DNA of 64,000 bases from an uncultured cyanobacterium (GTDB lineage: Bacteria > Cyanobacteriota > Cyanobacteriia > Cyanobacteriales > CAWCAG01): NCBI GenBank assembly GCA_963803805.1, contig CAWDOD010000007.1:32001-96000 (forward strand), written 5' to 3'. This document shows, in pieces, positions 18,603 to 29,287 of the stretch (position 1 is its first letter; each line of letters starts with the position of its first letter). The position numbers and the translations under genes were made by a program. The notes under the pieces were generated by a model. It worked only from the letters and a program-made list of their open reading frames with translations. It had not been told where the DNA came from and did not search any database.

Positions 18603-18611
18603 AATATAACA
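18603..18611 (-). promoter_or_regulatory. Candidate extended -10 promoter for the RNA array and slipin gene
   Basis: TGTTATATT (TGn-TAnnnT) lies 5 nt upstream of the first paired base at 18597. Confidence 0.5.
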
Positions 18612-18712
18612 CGAGATAAAATTACTTGATTTAAGTTTTTTTACTGATAGCAATTCTATTGGTTTACTGTATAAAACATTACGCCCTCACCAGCACCTAA
18701 AAAATACTGTCC

Positions 18713-19891
18713 TTAATCAAGCAACTGTTGTAGCCTTTGGCTAAAAGCCTCGTAATTAAATTTAGCTAAAGATTGCGATCGCAACCACTCACCGTTACAG
18801 CGTTGATCATTTCCCCGCAATATTTCTAAACAAGCCTGTACCACTGCTTCTGGATTTCTATGGGGGACTTGCCAACCTAAATGCCCATCTTGTAATGGAT
18901 CTGCTGAACCATCACTATCTCCAGAAAGTACAGGAATACCACAAGCCATGGCTTCTAGATAAACAATACCAAACCCTTCTTGAGAAGGCATAATATAGGC
19001 ATCAGCAACTCGATAATGTTCTACTAGTTCTTCAATAGGAACAAAACCAGCAAAAATCACTTGCTCCGCCACCCCTAAATCTTCAGCTAACTTAGCTAAT
19101 CTAGGCTGATCATCCCCCCGTCCAATCACTAAATATTTTACTTGAGGAAATTCTGTAATAATTTTGGGTAAGGCTCGGATGGTAACGTCAACGCCTTTAT
19201 AAATATCTCCAGACCATAACCTCGCTACAGTCATTAGTACTTTACTATTTTCTAAACCATATCTGGCAATTAGCCTGGGAGATTTTACTCCTGGGGTAAA
19301 AACTTCCCCATCAATAGCACAGTAGAGAAACTTAACTTGTTGGGGATTAATATCATTAGCTTCACAGAGGCGATCGCGGCTATAACGGCTAATTGTCCAA
19401 ATTTCGGCCGCTTCTTGCAAAGCACGTTTTTGATTAGGGGGCAGAGGTTCCCAAACCTCCTTACCGTAGGTCAAAACTGTATAGGGAATACCTTTAAACT
19501 TGCATAATAACTGTATCAAAGGTGCAAGATTAATATGACCACAGAAAACTCTTCGAGGCTTATTTCGCCACAGGAAAGTAACTAAGGAGGCCATCAAATT
19601 GAACCGCGATCGCCAAGGAGTTGCCCCCTTGAGATAATGAAACTTCATCCTACTCCCTTCCCAAGGATTATTATCCCCAGAACTGTCCCTTAGTAAGAAT
19701 ATTTCCCCTTGTCGAGAAGGAGTTAAAGCCAGATAAGCTTGTAAAATATCTTTAACGTAGGATTGAATCCCCCCTTCCTGAGAGAAAATCTCTAGGAAAA
19801 CGAAAGCATCATCTACTGTAGCTTTAACTTTTTTAGTCACATCATTCTTGACAATCTGAAGATTTACGGTAGAAGAACTATTTTTGAGCAT
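18713..19891 (-). CDS. Glycosyltransferase family 4
   Basis: GGIQSY, YKGVD and EGFGIVYLEAMACG motifs. Confidence 0.9.
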   Translation of the reverse strand: MLKNSSSTVNLQIVKNDVTKKVKATVDDAFVFLEIFSQEGGIQSYVKDILQAYLALTPSRQGEIFLLRDSSGDNNPWEGSRMKFHYLKGATPWRSRFNLMASLVTFLWRNKPRRVFCGHINLAPLIQLLCKFKGIPYTVLTYGKEVWEPLPPNQKRALQEAAEIWTISRYSRDRLCEANDINPQQVKFLYCAIDGEVFTPGVKSPRLIARYGLENSKVLMTVARLWSGDIYKGVDVTIRALPKIITEFPQVKYLVIGRGDDQPRLAKLAEDLGVAEQVIFAGFVPIEELVEHYRVADAYIMPSQEGFGIVYLEAMACGIPVLSGDSDGSADPLQDGHLGWQVPHRNPEAVVQACLEILRGNDQRCNGEWLRSQSLAKFNYEAFSQRLQQLLD

Positions 19892-20870
19892 TTACGGGTT
19901 GAACTGAGCCTGTTTTCAAGCGTTCTAAATCTTTGAGAACCATCTTTTCTATAAGAGCTTCAAAACTAACTTGGGGTTCCCAATGCAGATTTCGTTTTGC
20001 TTTAGTGGGGTTAGCAACTAACTGAAAATGTTCGTCTGGTCGCAAAAACTTAGGATTAATTACTACATAGTCTTCCCAATGCAAATCTAAACATTGAAAG
20101 GCTGCTGTTACTAAATCTTTCACGCTGTGGAGTTTTCCTGTCCCGATCACATAATCTTCTGGTTCATTGGCTTGCAACATACGCCACATCGCATCCACAT
20201 GATCCCCCGCATAACCCCAATCTCTTTTTGCTTCTAAGCTACCCATTTCTAAGTTGCTACTCAGCCCTAACTTAATAGCAGCCGCAGTTAGGGTGACTTT
20301 CCGTGTCACAAAGGCAGGAGGACGTAAAGGAGATTCGTGATTAAATAAAATACCGCTACAGGCGAATAAACCATACCTCTGGCGGTGATGTACCATCGTC
20401 CAGTGGGCATGGACTTTGGCTGCGGCGTAGGGGTTCTTAGGACGCATGGGGGTGTCTTCGTCTTGAGGCGAACAGTCTATATCACCAAACATCTCCGAAC
20501 TACTTGCTTGATAAAATCTGCTCGGAATACCAACTTGCCGAACTGCATCGAGGAGCCGGGTGGCAGTACCTGTGATTAAGTCTAGGGTTCCCAAGGGATC
20601 ATTCCAAGAAGCAGGAACAAAACTAGGGGCAGCTAAGTTATAAATCTCGTCAGGGCGTAGTTGTTCTACCACACAGCATAAAGCTTGAGCATCAGTTAAG
20701 TTAACAGCACAAACTTCTATTTTGCTAGCCATTTTCCCCAATTTGGCGATGCTTTCTTGCCTTTGGGGAGGGATCAAACCTGCTACCCGATAGCCTTTAT
20801 CCAAAAGCAAACGACTGAGATAGTAACCGTCTTGACCAGTAATTCCAGTAACTAATGCTGTTTTTGTCAT
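19878..20870 (-). CDS. gmd: GDP-mannose 4,6-dehydratase family
   Basis: TGITGQDG, QASSSEMFG, PYAAAK, LFNHESP and KRDWG motifs. Confidence 0.88.
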   Translation of the reverse strand: MTKTALVTGITGQDGYYLSRLLLDKGYRVAGLIPPQRQESIAKLGKMASKIEVCAVNLTDAQALCCVVEQLRPDEIYNLAAPSFVPASWNDPLGTLDLITGTATRLLDAVRQVGIPSRFYQASSSEMFGDIDCSPQDEDTPMRPKNPYAAAKVHAHWTMVHHRQRYGLFACSGILFNHESPLRPPAFVTRKVTLTAAAIKLGLSSNLEMGSLEAKRDWGYAGDHVDAMWRMLQANEPEDYVIGTGKLHSVKDLVTAAFQCLDLHWEDYVVINPKFLRPDEHFQLVANPTKAKRNLHWEPQVSFEALIEKMVLKDLERLKTGSVQPVNAQK

Positions 20871-21045
20871 GATATAAGAAAGGGAGCAGGGAGCAGTTAG
20901 AAATAAATTATGGACGAGAAGTCCCTCGCCCCTACTGTTATAACATCAGTACTTGATATCCTCCCTGTCCTATTCGCGTAGCGTTGCTGCACCTCTTTGG
21001 AACGGGGATATTCCCTTCCCTATCTAACCCAACAAAAAAAAAGTA

Positions 21046-21849
<804 letters not shown>

Positions 21850-21851
21850 CT

Positions 21852-22169
21852 ATGGCTGTTAAAAAAAAGTTTTCTAGTTTCCAGGAACTTCTTTCTGGCT
21901 CTGACGTACCAGTATTAGTAGATTTTTACGCAACTTGGTGTGGTCAATGCCAAATGATGGCTCCTATTTTAGAAGAAGTTAGTACTCAATTGAAAGGTCG
22001 CCTACAAGTTGTCAAGATTGATACAGAAAAATATCCTCGCTTAGCATCTCAGTATCAAGTGTATGCTCTACCTACTCTAGTTTTGTTTCAAGGGGGCCAA
22101 CCCGCAGATCGCATTGAAGGAGTTTTATCTACACCGCAGTTAATTCAGCGCTTGCAAAGTTTCATTTAA
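21852..22169 (+). CDS. Thioredoxin (y-type-like) with WCGQC active site
   Basis: VLVDFYATWCGQC, VVKIDTEKYP and ALPTLVLF motifs. Confidence 0.9.
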   Translation: MAVKKKFSSFQELLSGSDVPVLVDFYATWCGQCQMMAPILEEVSTQLKGRLQVVKIDTEKYPRLASQYQVYALPTLVLFQGGQPADRIEGVLSTPQLIQRLQSFI

Positions 22170-22177
22170 AGGACTTA

Positions 22178-22921
22178 TTATTCTCCTTCGGTCGGCTCAG
22201 AAGTTTCTTCTGGGGAAGAACCATCATTATTATTGGCTTCTTTTGCCTGTTTTTCTTGAGCGCGTCTTTCCTTTTGTTTGCGGTCTGCTTTTAAAGCATC
22301 CTCAATAGCAGCTTGTACCTGGGTCATTTTATCTAGGTTGCCCCGATACAGATCCAAATCTTTGAGCATTTTTTCAGCAGGCAGATTTAAAGCTTCGCCA
22401 ACTTTTTGCAGGAATTCATCTCGCTGCTTTTGTTCTTTGAGCAACTCTGGGTTTCCTTGTTCAAGGAGAGTATACAAACCAATGGCAAACAGACGACTAT
22501 ATTTGAATTGGGAGTTTTGGGCTATTTCTTGAATTTGGTTATGTATATCCTGGATGCCATCTACCGGGGTAGGAGAACTTAGCCAAGTTATTAAATCCTG
22601 GCCAGACATTTTATCGCTCAGAGTTTTCAAACTTGTAGCATCTTGCCGATACTTTTCAGGGTCATCCCCTACCGATTGACAAAGAGCTTTAAAAATAGAC
22701 TCTTTACCACTTTCTGGTTGATAACCTTCCATAAAACGGTCAAAGGAAGTAACAACGCCTAAAGCATAAATAGGGTTATAACGAAAGTCAACATTGACTG
22801 AGAGCAAATGCATTTCCACCATCAACTCTTCTACTACTCGCCTATAAATAGAGTTAATAGGGCGAGTATGAATGGTATAGAATTTTCGCTTGGTATCTGA
22901 GAGAGTGCGAACTTTATCCAC
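22178..22921 (-). CDS. psb29: Photosystem II biogenesis protein Psb29/Thf1
   Basis: RTLSDTKRKF..RPINSIYRRVVEELMVEMHLL and FKYSRLFAIGL motifs. Confidence 0.95.
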   Translation of the reverse strand: MDKVRTLSDTKRKFYTIHTRPINSIYRRVVEELMVEMHLLSVNVDFRYNPIYALGVVTSFDRFMEGYQPESGKESIFKALCQSVGDDPEKYRQDATSLKTLSDKMSGQDLITWLSSPTPVDGIQDIHNQIQEIAQNSQFKYSRLFAIGLYTLLEQGNPELLKEQKQRDEFLQKVGEALNLPAEKMLKDLDLYRGNLDKMTQVQAAIEDALKADRKQKERRAQEKQAKEANNNDGSSPEETSEPTEGE

Positions 22922-23068
22922 AAAGCAGATTATAAAGAAAAGATGATCCCATTGTCCCGCTTATGGAGACGTTTGCCAAGGGGAAGACCATTTATGCTAA
23001 TGGCTAATGGCTGTTTAAGCTTGGTGAGATTTGCTCTATTCCTATGATCTATCGCTTATTAAAAATAT

Positions 23069-23680
23069 ATGACTTCTAAACTTTCTACTCTAGGTCGCTA
23101 CTTAGCTGGAGAATTTGATAACCGCCAACAAGCCTTGGCTAATCCCGCTTGGTTTGTACATTTACGCCTCTGGAAAAGACCAGTATCTCTATTTACTGAA
23201 GATAGTCTTACTCTTTTTGCTGAACAAGTTAATCTGCTTAATCCAGACAAACCATATCGTCCTCGAATTTTACGCTTAAGACAGAATGATAATCCTGCCA
23301 CCCTGGAAGTTCAATACTATATGTTAAAAGATATTAATAAGTTTCTTGGAGGGGGAAGTAATCCTGAGTTACTAAAAAAAATCACCCCAGAAGAAATAGA
23401 ATTTTTACCTGGTTGTAGCCTAATGGTACAAACAGAAATAACCAACTCAGATAACTATAAATTTATTACCACTAATCCCACAGATAGCCCTTGCAGCTTT
23501 ACCTATGAAGGAAAAACCTATTGTATTTCCCTCGGTTTTAGGGCAACCCTAAATGAATTAGAAATTTATGATAAAGGAATAGACCCCCAAACTGGCAAAG
23601 CAACTTGGGGGGCATTAATGGAACCTTTTCGCTTTCAAAAACGCCAGGATTTCTCTTTTGAGTTACCGGATACATTTTAG
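23069..23680 (+). CDS. cpcT: Phycobiliprotein chromophore lyase CpcT/CpeT
   Basis: LAGEFDNRQQA..PAWFVHLRLW, PYRPR, LPGC and DKGIDP..WGA motifs. Confidence 0.9.
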   Translation: MTSKLSTLGRYLAGEFDNRQQALANPAWFVHLRLWKRPVSLFTEDSLTLFAEQVNLLNPDKPYRPRILRLRQNDNPATLEVQYYMLKDINKFLGGGSNPELLKKITPEEIEFLPGCSLMVQTEITNSDNYKFITTNPTDSPCSFTYEGKTYCISLGFRATLNELEIYDKGIDPQTGKATWGALMEPFRFQKRQDFSFELPDTF

Positions 23681-23736
23681 GAAGGGATGTACTGCTATTA
23701 GCCATTAGCTATTAGCCATTAGCTTTTAAGTATTAG

Positions 23737-24102
23737 TTATTTTTTTGTCGGTACTGTATTAATAGCTTCTTCCTCAGTTTCAAAAATATCAAATACTGAA
23801 TCCATCATGGTCACCTCAAACACCAATTTAGCTTCGGGATGAACACTACAGATCCTAAAACTACCCTTAACCCTGTCAGCATCCCTCATCCCTGCGACGA
23901 GGGAAGTTAAACCAGAACTATCAATAAAGTTAACTTGACTAAGATTAACAACTACATGAGGGCTGAATTTATTAATACACTCTTGCAACTTCAGACGGAA
24001 CTGCCAAGCCGTTGTTATATCTAGACGACCGCTTGGTGCCAGTACGATGACAGTTGTACCATCTTCGGTTGTGTGACTTTTCTGCTCGATTTGAATCACC
24101 AA
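23737..24102 (-). CDS. STAS-domain anti-sigma-factor antagonist
   Basis: GRLDITTA and VNFIDSSGL phosphoacceptor motif. Confidence 0.9.
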   Translation of the reverse strand: MVIQIEQKSHTTEDGTTVIVLAPSGRLDITTAWQFRLKLQECINKFSPHVVVNLSQVNFIDSSGLTSLVAGMRDADRVKGSFRICSVHPEAKLVFEVTMMDSVFDIFETEEEAINTVPTKK

Positions 24103-24306
24103 TACCTCCTAACAACAGTAACTCTTTAAGTTCTATATTCAGAACAATTGAGAGTTACTTTTCTCGACGACGATTGAACCTTTGATCTCCTTCTGACAAT
24201 AACCCCCTGAATTTAAACTCCATCAGTTTGGAGAAGTTAAGGGTTAGAGCCATCACCCTGGCACGTCAATCGCTTATTGTACTTTGTATTTTAACCTAGA
24301 ACATTT

Positions 24307-25353
24307 TTATGTAGATGGTGTCCAATTAACCCATTCCTGGGGTTTAAGAAAGGTATTATATAATTCCGCTTCTGGAGTGTTCGGTTCAGGATGATAATTA
24401 TATTCCCAACGTACTAAGGGTGGTAAAGACATCAAAATTGATTCTGTACGTCCATTTGTTTGTAAGCCAAAGATAGTCCCTCTGTCATAAACTAAGTTGA
24501 ATTCTACGTAGCGACCCCGGCGATAGAGTTGAAAATCACGTTCCCTTTCACCATATTCTTTTCCTTGGCGCTTTTCGATGATCGGTACGTAGGCCGGTAA
24601 GAAAGCTTGGCCACAATCTTGAACGAACTTAAATAAATCTTCCCAACTACGCTGGGAAACTTCCCCTATTTGCTTGCTTTGTTCTGCTGCGTTACCGTCT
24701 AGATTTGGCCCCCGATATAATTCTCCTAAACCATCTTGATAGTCAAAAAATAATCCTCCTACTCCTCTGGTTTCTTGGCGGTGCTTGAGATAAAAATATT
24801 CATCGCACCAGGGTTTAAAAACTTGATAATAGGCAGAATTATGGCGATCGCAGGCTGCTTTTAAAGTACGATGGAAATGAGCAACATCTTCTGGGAAAGG
24901 ATAGTAAGGGGTTAAATCCACTCCTCCACCAAACCACCAAACTGGCCCAGCTTCAAAATAGCGGTAGTTAAGGTGAACCGTCGGAACATAAGGGTTGTGA
25001 GGATGCAAAACCATCGAGGTTCCAGTGGCATAAAAACCATGCCCTTCTGCCTCTGGACGCTGTTTTAAGATGGAGGGAGGCAAGTTTTCACCCCAAACTT
25101 CAGAAAAGTTTACTCCCCCTTGCTCTAGGACATTTGCCTGTCTGATGACGCGAGAACGGCCACCGCCTCCTTCTTCTCTTGTCCAACTATCTTCAGCAAA
25201 TTTGCCCCCACCATCAACTTCTTCAAGTTTGTTACAAATTTGATCTTGAAGTTGCTGCATAAACTGGCTAACTCTTTTTTGGGAATTAGCTGGTGGTGTA
25301 GAAGCGCTAGATGGGGGGGTAGGAGTTTTAATATCTGTTTGAATAGCTGTCAT
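24307..25353 (-). CDS. hemF: Oxygen-dependent coproporphyrinogen III oxidase
   Basis: [23 protein letters not shown] and [16 protein letters not shown] motifs. Confidence 0.97.
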   Translation of the reverse strand: MTAIQTDIKTPTPPSSASTPPANSQKRVSQFMQQLQDQICNKLEEVDGGGKFAEDSWTREEGGGGRSRVIRQANVLEQGGVNFSEVWGENLPPSILKQRPEAEGHGFYATGTSMVLHPHNPYVPTVHLNYRYFEAGPVWWFGGGVDLTPYYPFPEDVAHFHRTLKAACDRHNSAYYQVFKPWCDEYFYLKHRQETRGVGGLFFDYQDGLGELYRGPNLDGNAAEQSKQIGEVSQRSWEDLFKFVQDCGQAFLPAYVPIIEKRQGKEYGERERDFQLYRRGRYVEFNLVYDRGTIFGLQTNGRTESILMSLPPLVRWEYNYHPEPNTPEAELYNTFLKPQEWVNWTPST

Positions 25354-25715
25354 AGTTTCAATTCAACATACTGCAAGAGAAAAAGACTAGGGGAGGTGGG
25401 TATCTTCAAAAGCTAAATTTTGAGGTAGGAGAGTTTTCTAGCTATTAACTAGCTTGGTAGAATTAAACAGAAGATTCCAGCCGAGATAAGAGTTACTGAA
25501 ACTCTTCAAGCCCCCTTTTTCCTTAATTTGTTTACAATTCCATACCTCTGTTGAGAAGTTTAGCATCCGCAGGGTCTGATCCCAATGCTGTTGTGTCACA
25601 GTTTTTTCTATAGAGTTACAAATTATTCTGAACTATTCTTGAGCAAGAAACCAATCTTCCTATGCTTCTTCATACAATATATGACTTGTCTGAGTCTCAC
25701 TAGGGGAGGGGTGTT

Positions 25716-26198
25716 GTGATTCTCAATTTTTCTTTCGGTTTTTTTAAGCCTCAAGATAAGAGTGGTAATAAATTTTTGCTTTACAAGACTTATCGAGTTG
25801 TAAGTAAGGCGCCAGTAGATGCTTTGTGGCAAAAGATAGTTAATTTAGCTGATGTATCCTGGCATCCTTTGATTAACCATAGCAACGCTCCTTGGGGCTT
25901 AGTTGCTAAACCAGGTATTATTTATCAGGTAGTTACTCGCTTTACCCCTATTCCCATCAGAGTTTTTGTTGAAAGTGTTTGTCCCAGGCAATTTCTCAGT
26001 TTCCGAATTTTGGCTATTCCTGGTATTGAACAGCGCATTACCTACCAAATAGAATCAACTCTTTGCGGTACTTATATTTCTTATTCAGTCACTTTACGGG
26101 GCTGGTTATCTCCTTTACTTTGGTGGATAATTAAACCTTATACTGCTCGTGTTGTTTCTGAATTAGCTAATTCAGTGGAGAAGTTGGTTGAGTGGTAA
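25716..26198 (+). CDS. SRPBCC / polyketide cyclase-fold protein
   Basis: APVDALWQKIVNLADVSWHP start and a START-like C-terminal helix. Confidence 0.75.
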   Translation: MILNFSFGFFKPQDKSGNKFLLYKTYRVVSKAPVDALWQKIVNLADVSWHPLINHSNAPWGLVAKPGIIYQVVTRFTPIPIRVFVESVCPRQFLSFRILAIPGIEQRITYQIESTLCGTYISYSVTLRGWLSPLLWWIIKPYTARVVSELANSVEKLVEW

Positions 26199-26322
26199 GC
26201 TGATGTGCATTTAAACTGTGTATTACTCAACTAGGAAATAAGCCCTAAAACCATTCCTCCATCTCCCTATCCCCCTATCTCCCCATCAAACCTAATAAGT
26301 AAATTAAATGCCTGGCAGCTTA
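26196..26322. repeat. MITE-like element with TAAGCTG...GCATTTA inverted ends and internal CCCCATCT-type repeats
   Basis: Left TAAGCTGATGTGCATTTA versus right (reverse complement) TAAGCTGCCAGGCATTTA, 14/18 identical. Confidence 0.55.
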
Positions 26323-26349
26323 ATATCCCTTGATGGCAAAAGTATTTTT

Positions 26350-27402
26350 TTACTCTTGGTTAGAGTTGTGCCGAAGTCCTTTTGATCTCCCTAAGAGTCT
26401 TTGTAGTTTATCTTTTTGGGATAGGGACTCAGTGTTAGTTTTATCTGCTTCTAGTAATGCTTGTAACTTTTGGACAAAACCTTGTTCACGAGAGTGAATA
26501 GCGTAGGCCATTTGGAGAAAAATTTTGGCCAATTGCCCTAATTCATCGTAGCGTTTAGCTATTTTACTAAGCTTTTCTAAATCAACTTCATCTCCTACTT
26601 TTTCAGGAGCAGAAGAGTCTTCGCGAGTTACCATTTGTTGCGCTAAACTAGCCATGGGTTTTAATGGTTCGACTACAGTTCGCTTCAGCAAGCTATTAAT
26701 AACTAACAAAACTATGATAAAAATGACCATGAAATTTGCTAAAGCTACTAAACCATTTCTTCTTGCTAAGGCAAAGATATCACTAGCTGGAATATAGATA
26801 GTTTGTGCGCCGATAATTTCGTTGAGTTTCCAACCAAAACCGTTTTCTGAGCCATAGGTTTTAATTAAACTTGCTGGTGCTTGTTCTGGAGTATTGTGGC
26901 AAGCCAAGCAATTTGCCATAGTGATTTTTAAAGGACGAGCTATGTAAAAGAGGTTCTCTTGTTTTGAAGGACGGAATCCATATAATTCCTTCAGTTCTGA
27001 ATCTTGGCGAAAATTCTCCACTAATCTAGCTTCAAATTTATCGGCTTTATCTCGTAAATTAGTGGGATTTAAAGTTGCGTCTTTATAAAGATAATTAAGG
27101 TATTCTTCTTTTTGACGAAATTCCTCAAATACCTGTCTGACGTTGTAACTAGGAATAACTTCGGGAATAAATTCCGAACTATTTTCTAAGCGAGGCGTGA
27201 TTAGAGGGCTAACCTGAGCGCTGTAATAAGTTCTTAAAGCACTCATACTATCCATAAGTAGAATAGCCTGTTCTTTAACTATTTTTTGGGCTGCTAGATC
27301 CTGCATATGATTTAATACACCATAACTCAGGCTAGTTCCTACAATAAAAATAAACCCTAAGATCAAAGTAAATTTGACTCCTAGTTTTAATTTTTTTAGC
27401 AT
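26350..27402 (-). CDS. DUF3365 (Tll0287-like c-type heme) sensor with HAMP domain and no output domain
   Basis: TM, YKDATLNPTNLRDKAD, CLACH heme motif, GFGWKLNEIIGA, second TM, and HAMP (DELGQLAKIF). Confidence 0.85.
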   Translation of the reverse strand: MLKKLKLGVKFTLILGFIFIVGTSLSYGVLNHMQDLAAQKIVKEQAILLMDSMSALRTYYSAQVSPLITPRLENSSEFIPEVIPSYNVRQVFEEFRQKEEYLNYLYKDATLNPTNLRDKADKFEARLVENFRQDSELKELYGFRPSKQENLFYIARPLKITMANCLACHNTPEQAPASLIKTYGSENGFGWKLNEIIGAQTIYIPASDIFALARRNGLVALANFMVIFIIVLLVINSLLKRTVVEPLKPMASLAQQMVTREDSSAPEKVGDEVDLEKLSKIAKRYDELGQLAKIFLQMAYAIHSREQGFVQKLQALLEADKTNTESLSQKDKLQRLLGRSKGLRHNSNQE

Positions 27403-27498
27403 TATTCACTTTCCTATACATAGACATTCTAAGATAAGCTTTCCTTAACTTATATACAAAATTAAAAAACCATAGAGAAGAAACAGGGAAGAAAAGTA

Positions 27499-28401
27499 AT
27501 GACTTCTTCAACTAATTTTTATAATTGGCACAGTTTTCCTTGTGCTTATGAATTCCATAAGCCCACAGCCATTACTCAAAATGAACCGCCTCTACTTTTA
27601 CTCCACCCTATCGGTGTAGGTTTGTCCCGCCTTTTTTGGCAGCGTTTTTGTCATGGTTGGCTCAAAAATGGTTTAGGAAATCCCCTTTATAACCCTGACT
27701 TACTTGGTTGCGGCGATAGTGCTATGCCTCCTTTAGCTTACTATCCTGAAGATTGGGCAGAACAATTAATTTATTTTCTCCAAAATATAGTTAAAACTCC
27801 TGCTATACTCCTTTGTCAAGGAGCTTTATTACCTGTAGTGATCGCTTTGGTGGAGAAACAACCGGAGTTAATTAAAGCACTGATATTTTCAGGCCCCCCA
27901 GCTTGGAGATTAATTAGCGAGGATAAGCAATCTCCTCAACAGCGCATCCTTTGGAACTTATTTGCTTCTCCTCTGGGCAATGTCTTTTACCGCTATGCCC
28001 GTCGTCGCCAGTTTTTGCAATCATTTTCGGTACGCCAACTTTTTGCCGAACCAGGGGCAGTAGATGAAGAATGGTTAACTACTTTAAAAGAAGGTTCTCA
28101 AAATCTTTCTAGTCGCTATGCAGTTTTTTCTTTCCTCTCAGGATTTTGGCGACAGGATTATTCTCAATCAATTGCCACGATTAACCAACCAACTTTAGTA
28201 GTTATGGGAAAACAAGCTTCTAGTATTAGCCGAGAAGGATTTACCGAAACTCCGCCGCAACGTTTAGACACTTATCTTAAACATTTTCCTAATAGCGAGG
28301 GTAAACAAATATCAGGGCGCAATGTACTCCCCTATGAATCAACCTCAGAATTTGTCAAAGTCGTTAGTGAATTTGTCGATTCAATAAACCAAATAAATTG
28401 A
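27499..28401 (+). CDS. Alpha/beta hydrolase-fold protein
   Basis: LLLLHPIGVG, PDLLGCGDS and GRNVLPYE motifs; the canonical nucleophile Ser is replaced (CQGAL). Confidence 0.85.
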   Translation: MTSSTNFYNWHSFPCAYEFHKPTAITQNEPPLLLLHPIGVGLSRLFWQRFCHGWLKNGLGNPLYNPDLLGCGDSAMPPLAYYPEDWAEQLIYFLQNIVKTPAILLCQGALLPVVIALVEKQPELIKALIFSGPPAWRLISEDKQSPQQRILWNLFASPLGNVFYRYARRRQFLQSFSVRQLFAEPGAVDEEWLTTLKEGSQNLSSRYAVFSFLSGFWRQDYSQSIATINQPTLVVMGKQASSISREGFTETPPQRLDTYLKHFPNSEGKQISGRNVLPYESTSEFVKVVSEFVDSINQIN

Positions 28402-28666
28402 TTCTTAAGGAATTATTTTTATCTATATCTAAAAAATTTGCTTAAATAAATAAACTACGCTGCAATGGGCGTGCCAATTCTCTCTTTACTCTTGACTTAA
28501 GCAACTATTACAGAAGGATCAAGGTGAGAAAGTTGAATCGAGGAGTTAAGGGGAAGAAAATATTCCTAATTGGTTACACTTCATACCTTAACTAAACTGA
28601 TAAAACTCAGCGCGTAAATAACCATATTCTTGTCAGCATCTCAACTATGCCAGGGGCAACAACATC

Positions 28667-29287
28667 ATGATTTTCAGAAAGAGTTTCTCAGTTATTGCTA
28701 TTATAACCACCTTAGTTACCTTGGTAACATCAATTACAACCCCAGTTCAAGCAGCTATTTTTAGTTTGGATTTTAAGTTTACAGATTTCAATACTGGAGA
28801 GTTAGTTAAAGGTAGTTTTCTGTTTAATAATTCCGTGATTCCTATGGTAGCTAGCTTTGGTAGCTTATATCAAAAAGCAAGCCCATCTTTTGAAATATTT
28901 GTAGGGGACAAAATTTTCACTGGTTCTAATAATTCCATGGTAGTAGCAGACAACTTTGAGAATGCTTTTGGCGTTGTTACAGATGTAGTTCTTTTCGATG
29001 ATTTTGAAGATTTTGATTTTAATAGTCCAGAAAATCATCAATCTTTAGCACTTTTTGACTATAGCCAAGATACTTGGGGAGCGGAGACTTCACCTCCACA
29101 AATTCGCTCTACCGGATTAGTTTTGCTTAATTTAGCACCAGATGTCACTGTTTTTTCTCCTAATGCTTTAACCTCTATTAAAGAGTTAGCAGACTATCCT
29201 CCTAATACCTCTGTCCCAGAACCTAATTCAATATTGGGGCTGATTGCTCTGGCAACTTTCAGTACCATAGTAAAGAAGCAGCATTAA
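28667..29287 (+). CDS. PEP-CTERM sorting-domain protein
   Basis: Signal peptide (PVQAA) and C-terminal [13 protein letters not shown] and KK. Confidence 0.88.
   Translation: MIFRKSFSVIAIITTLVTLVTSITTPVQAAIFSLDFKFTDFNTGELVKGSFLFNNSVIPMVASFGSLYQKASPSFEIFVGDKIFTGSNNSMVVADNFENAFGVVTDVVLFDDFEDFDFNSPENHQSLALFDYSQDTWGAETSPPQIRSTGLVLLNLAPDVTVFSPNALTSIKELADYPPNTSVPEPNSILGLIALATFSTIVKKQH

Noticed and set aside
20919-21012. Possible IS200/IS605-type end hairpin remnant
   Set aside because: Only a short imperfect pairing (ATATCCTCCCTGTCC / GGAACGGGGATAT) with no transposase sequence; too weak to call.
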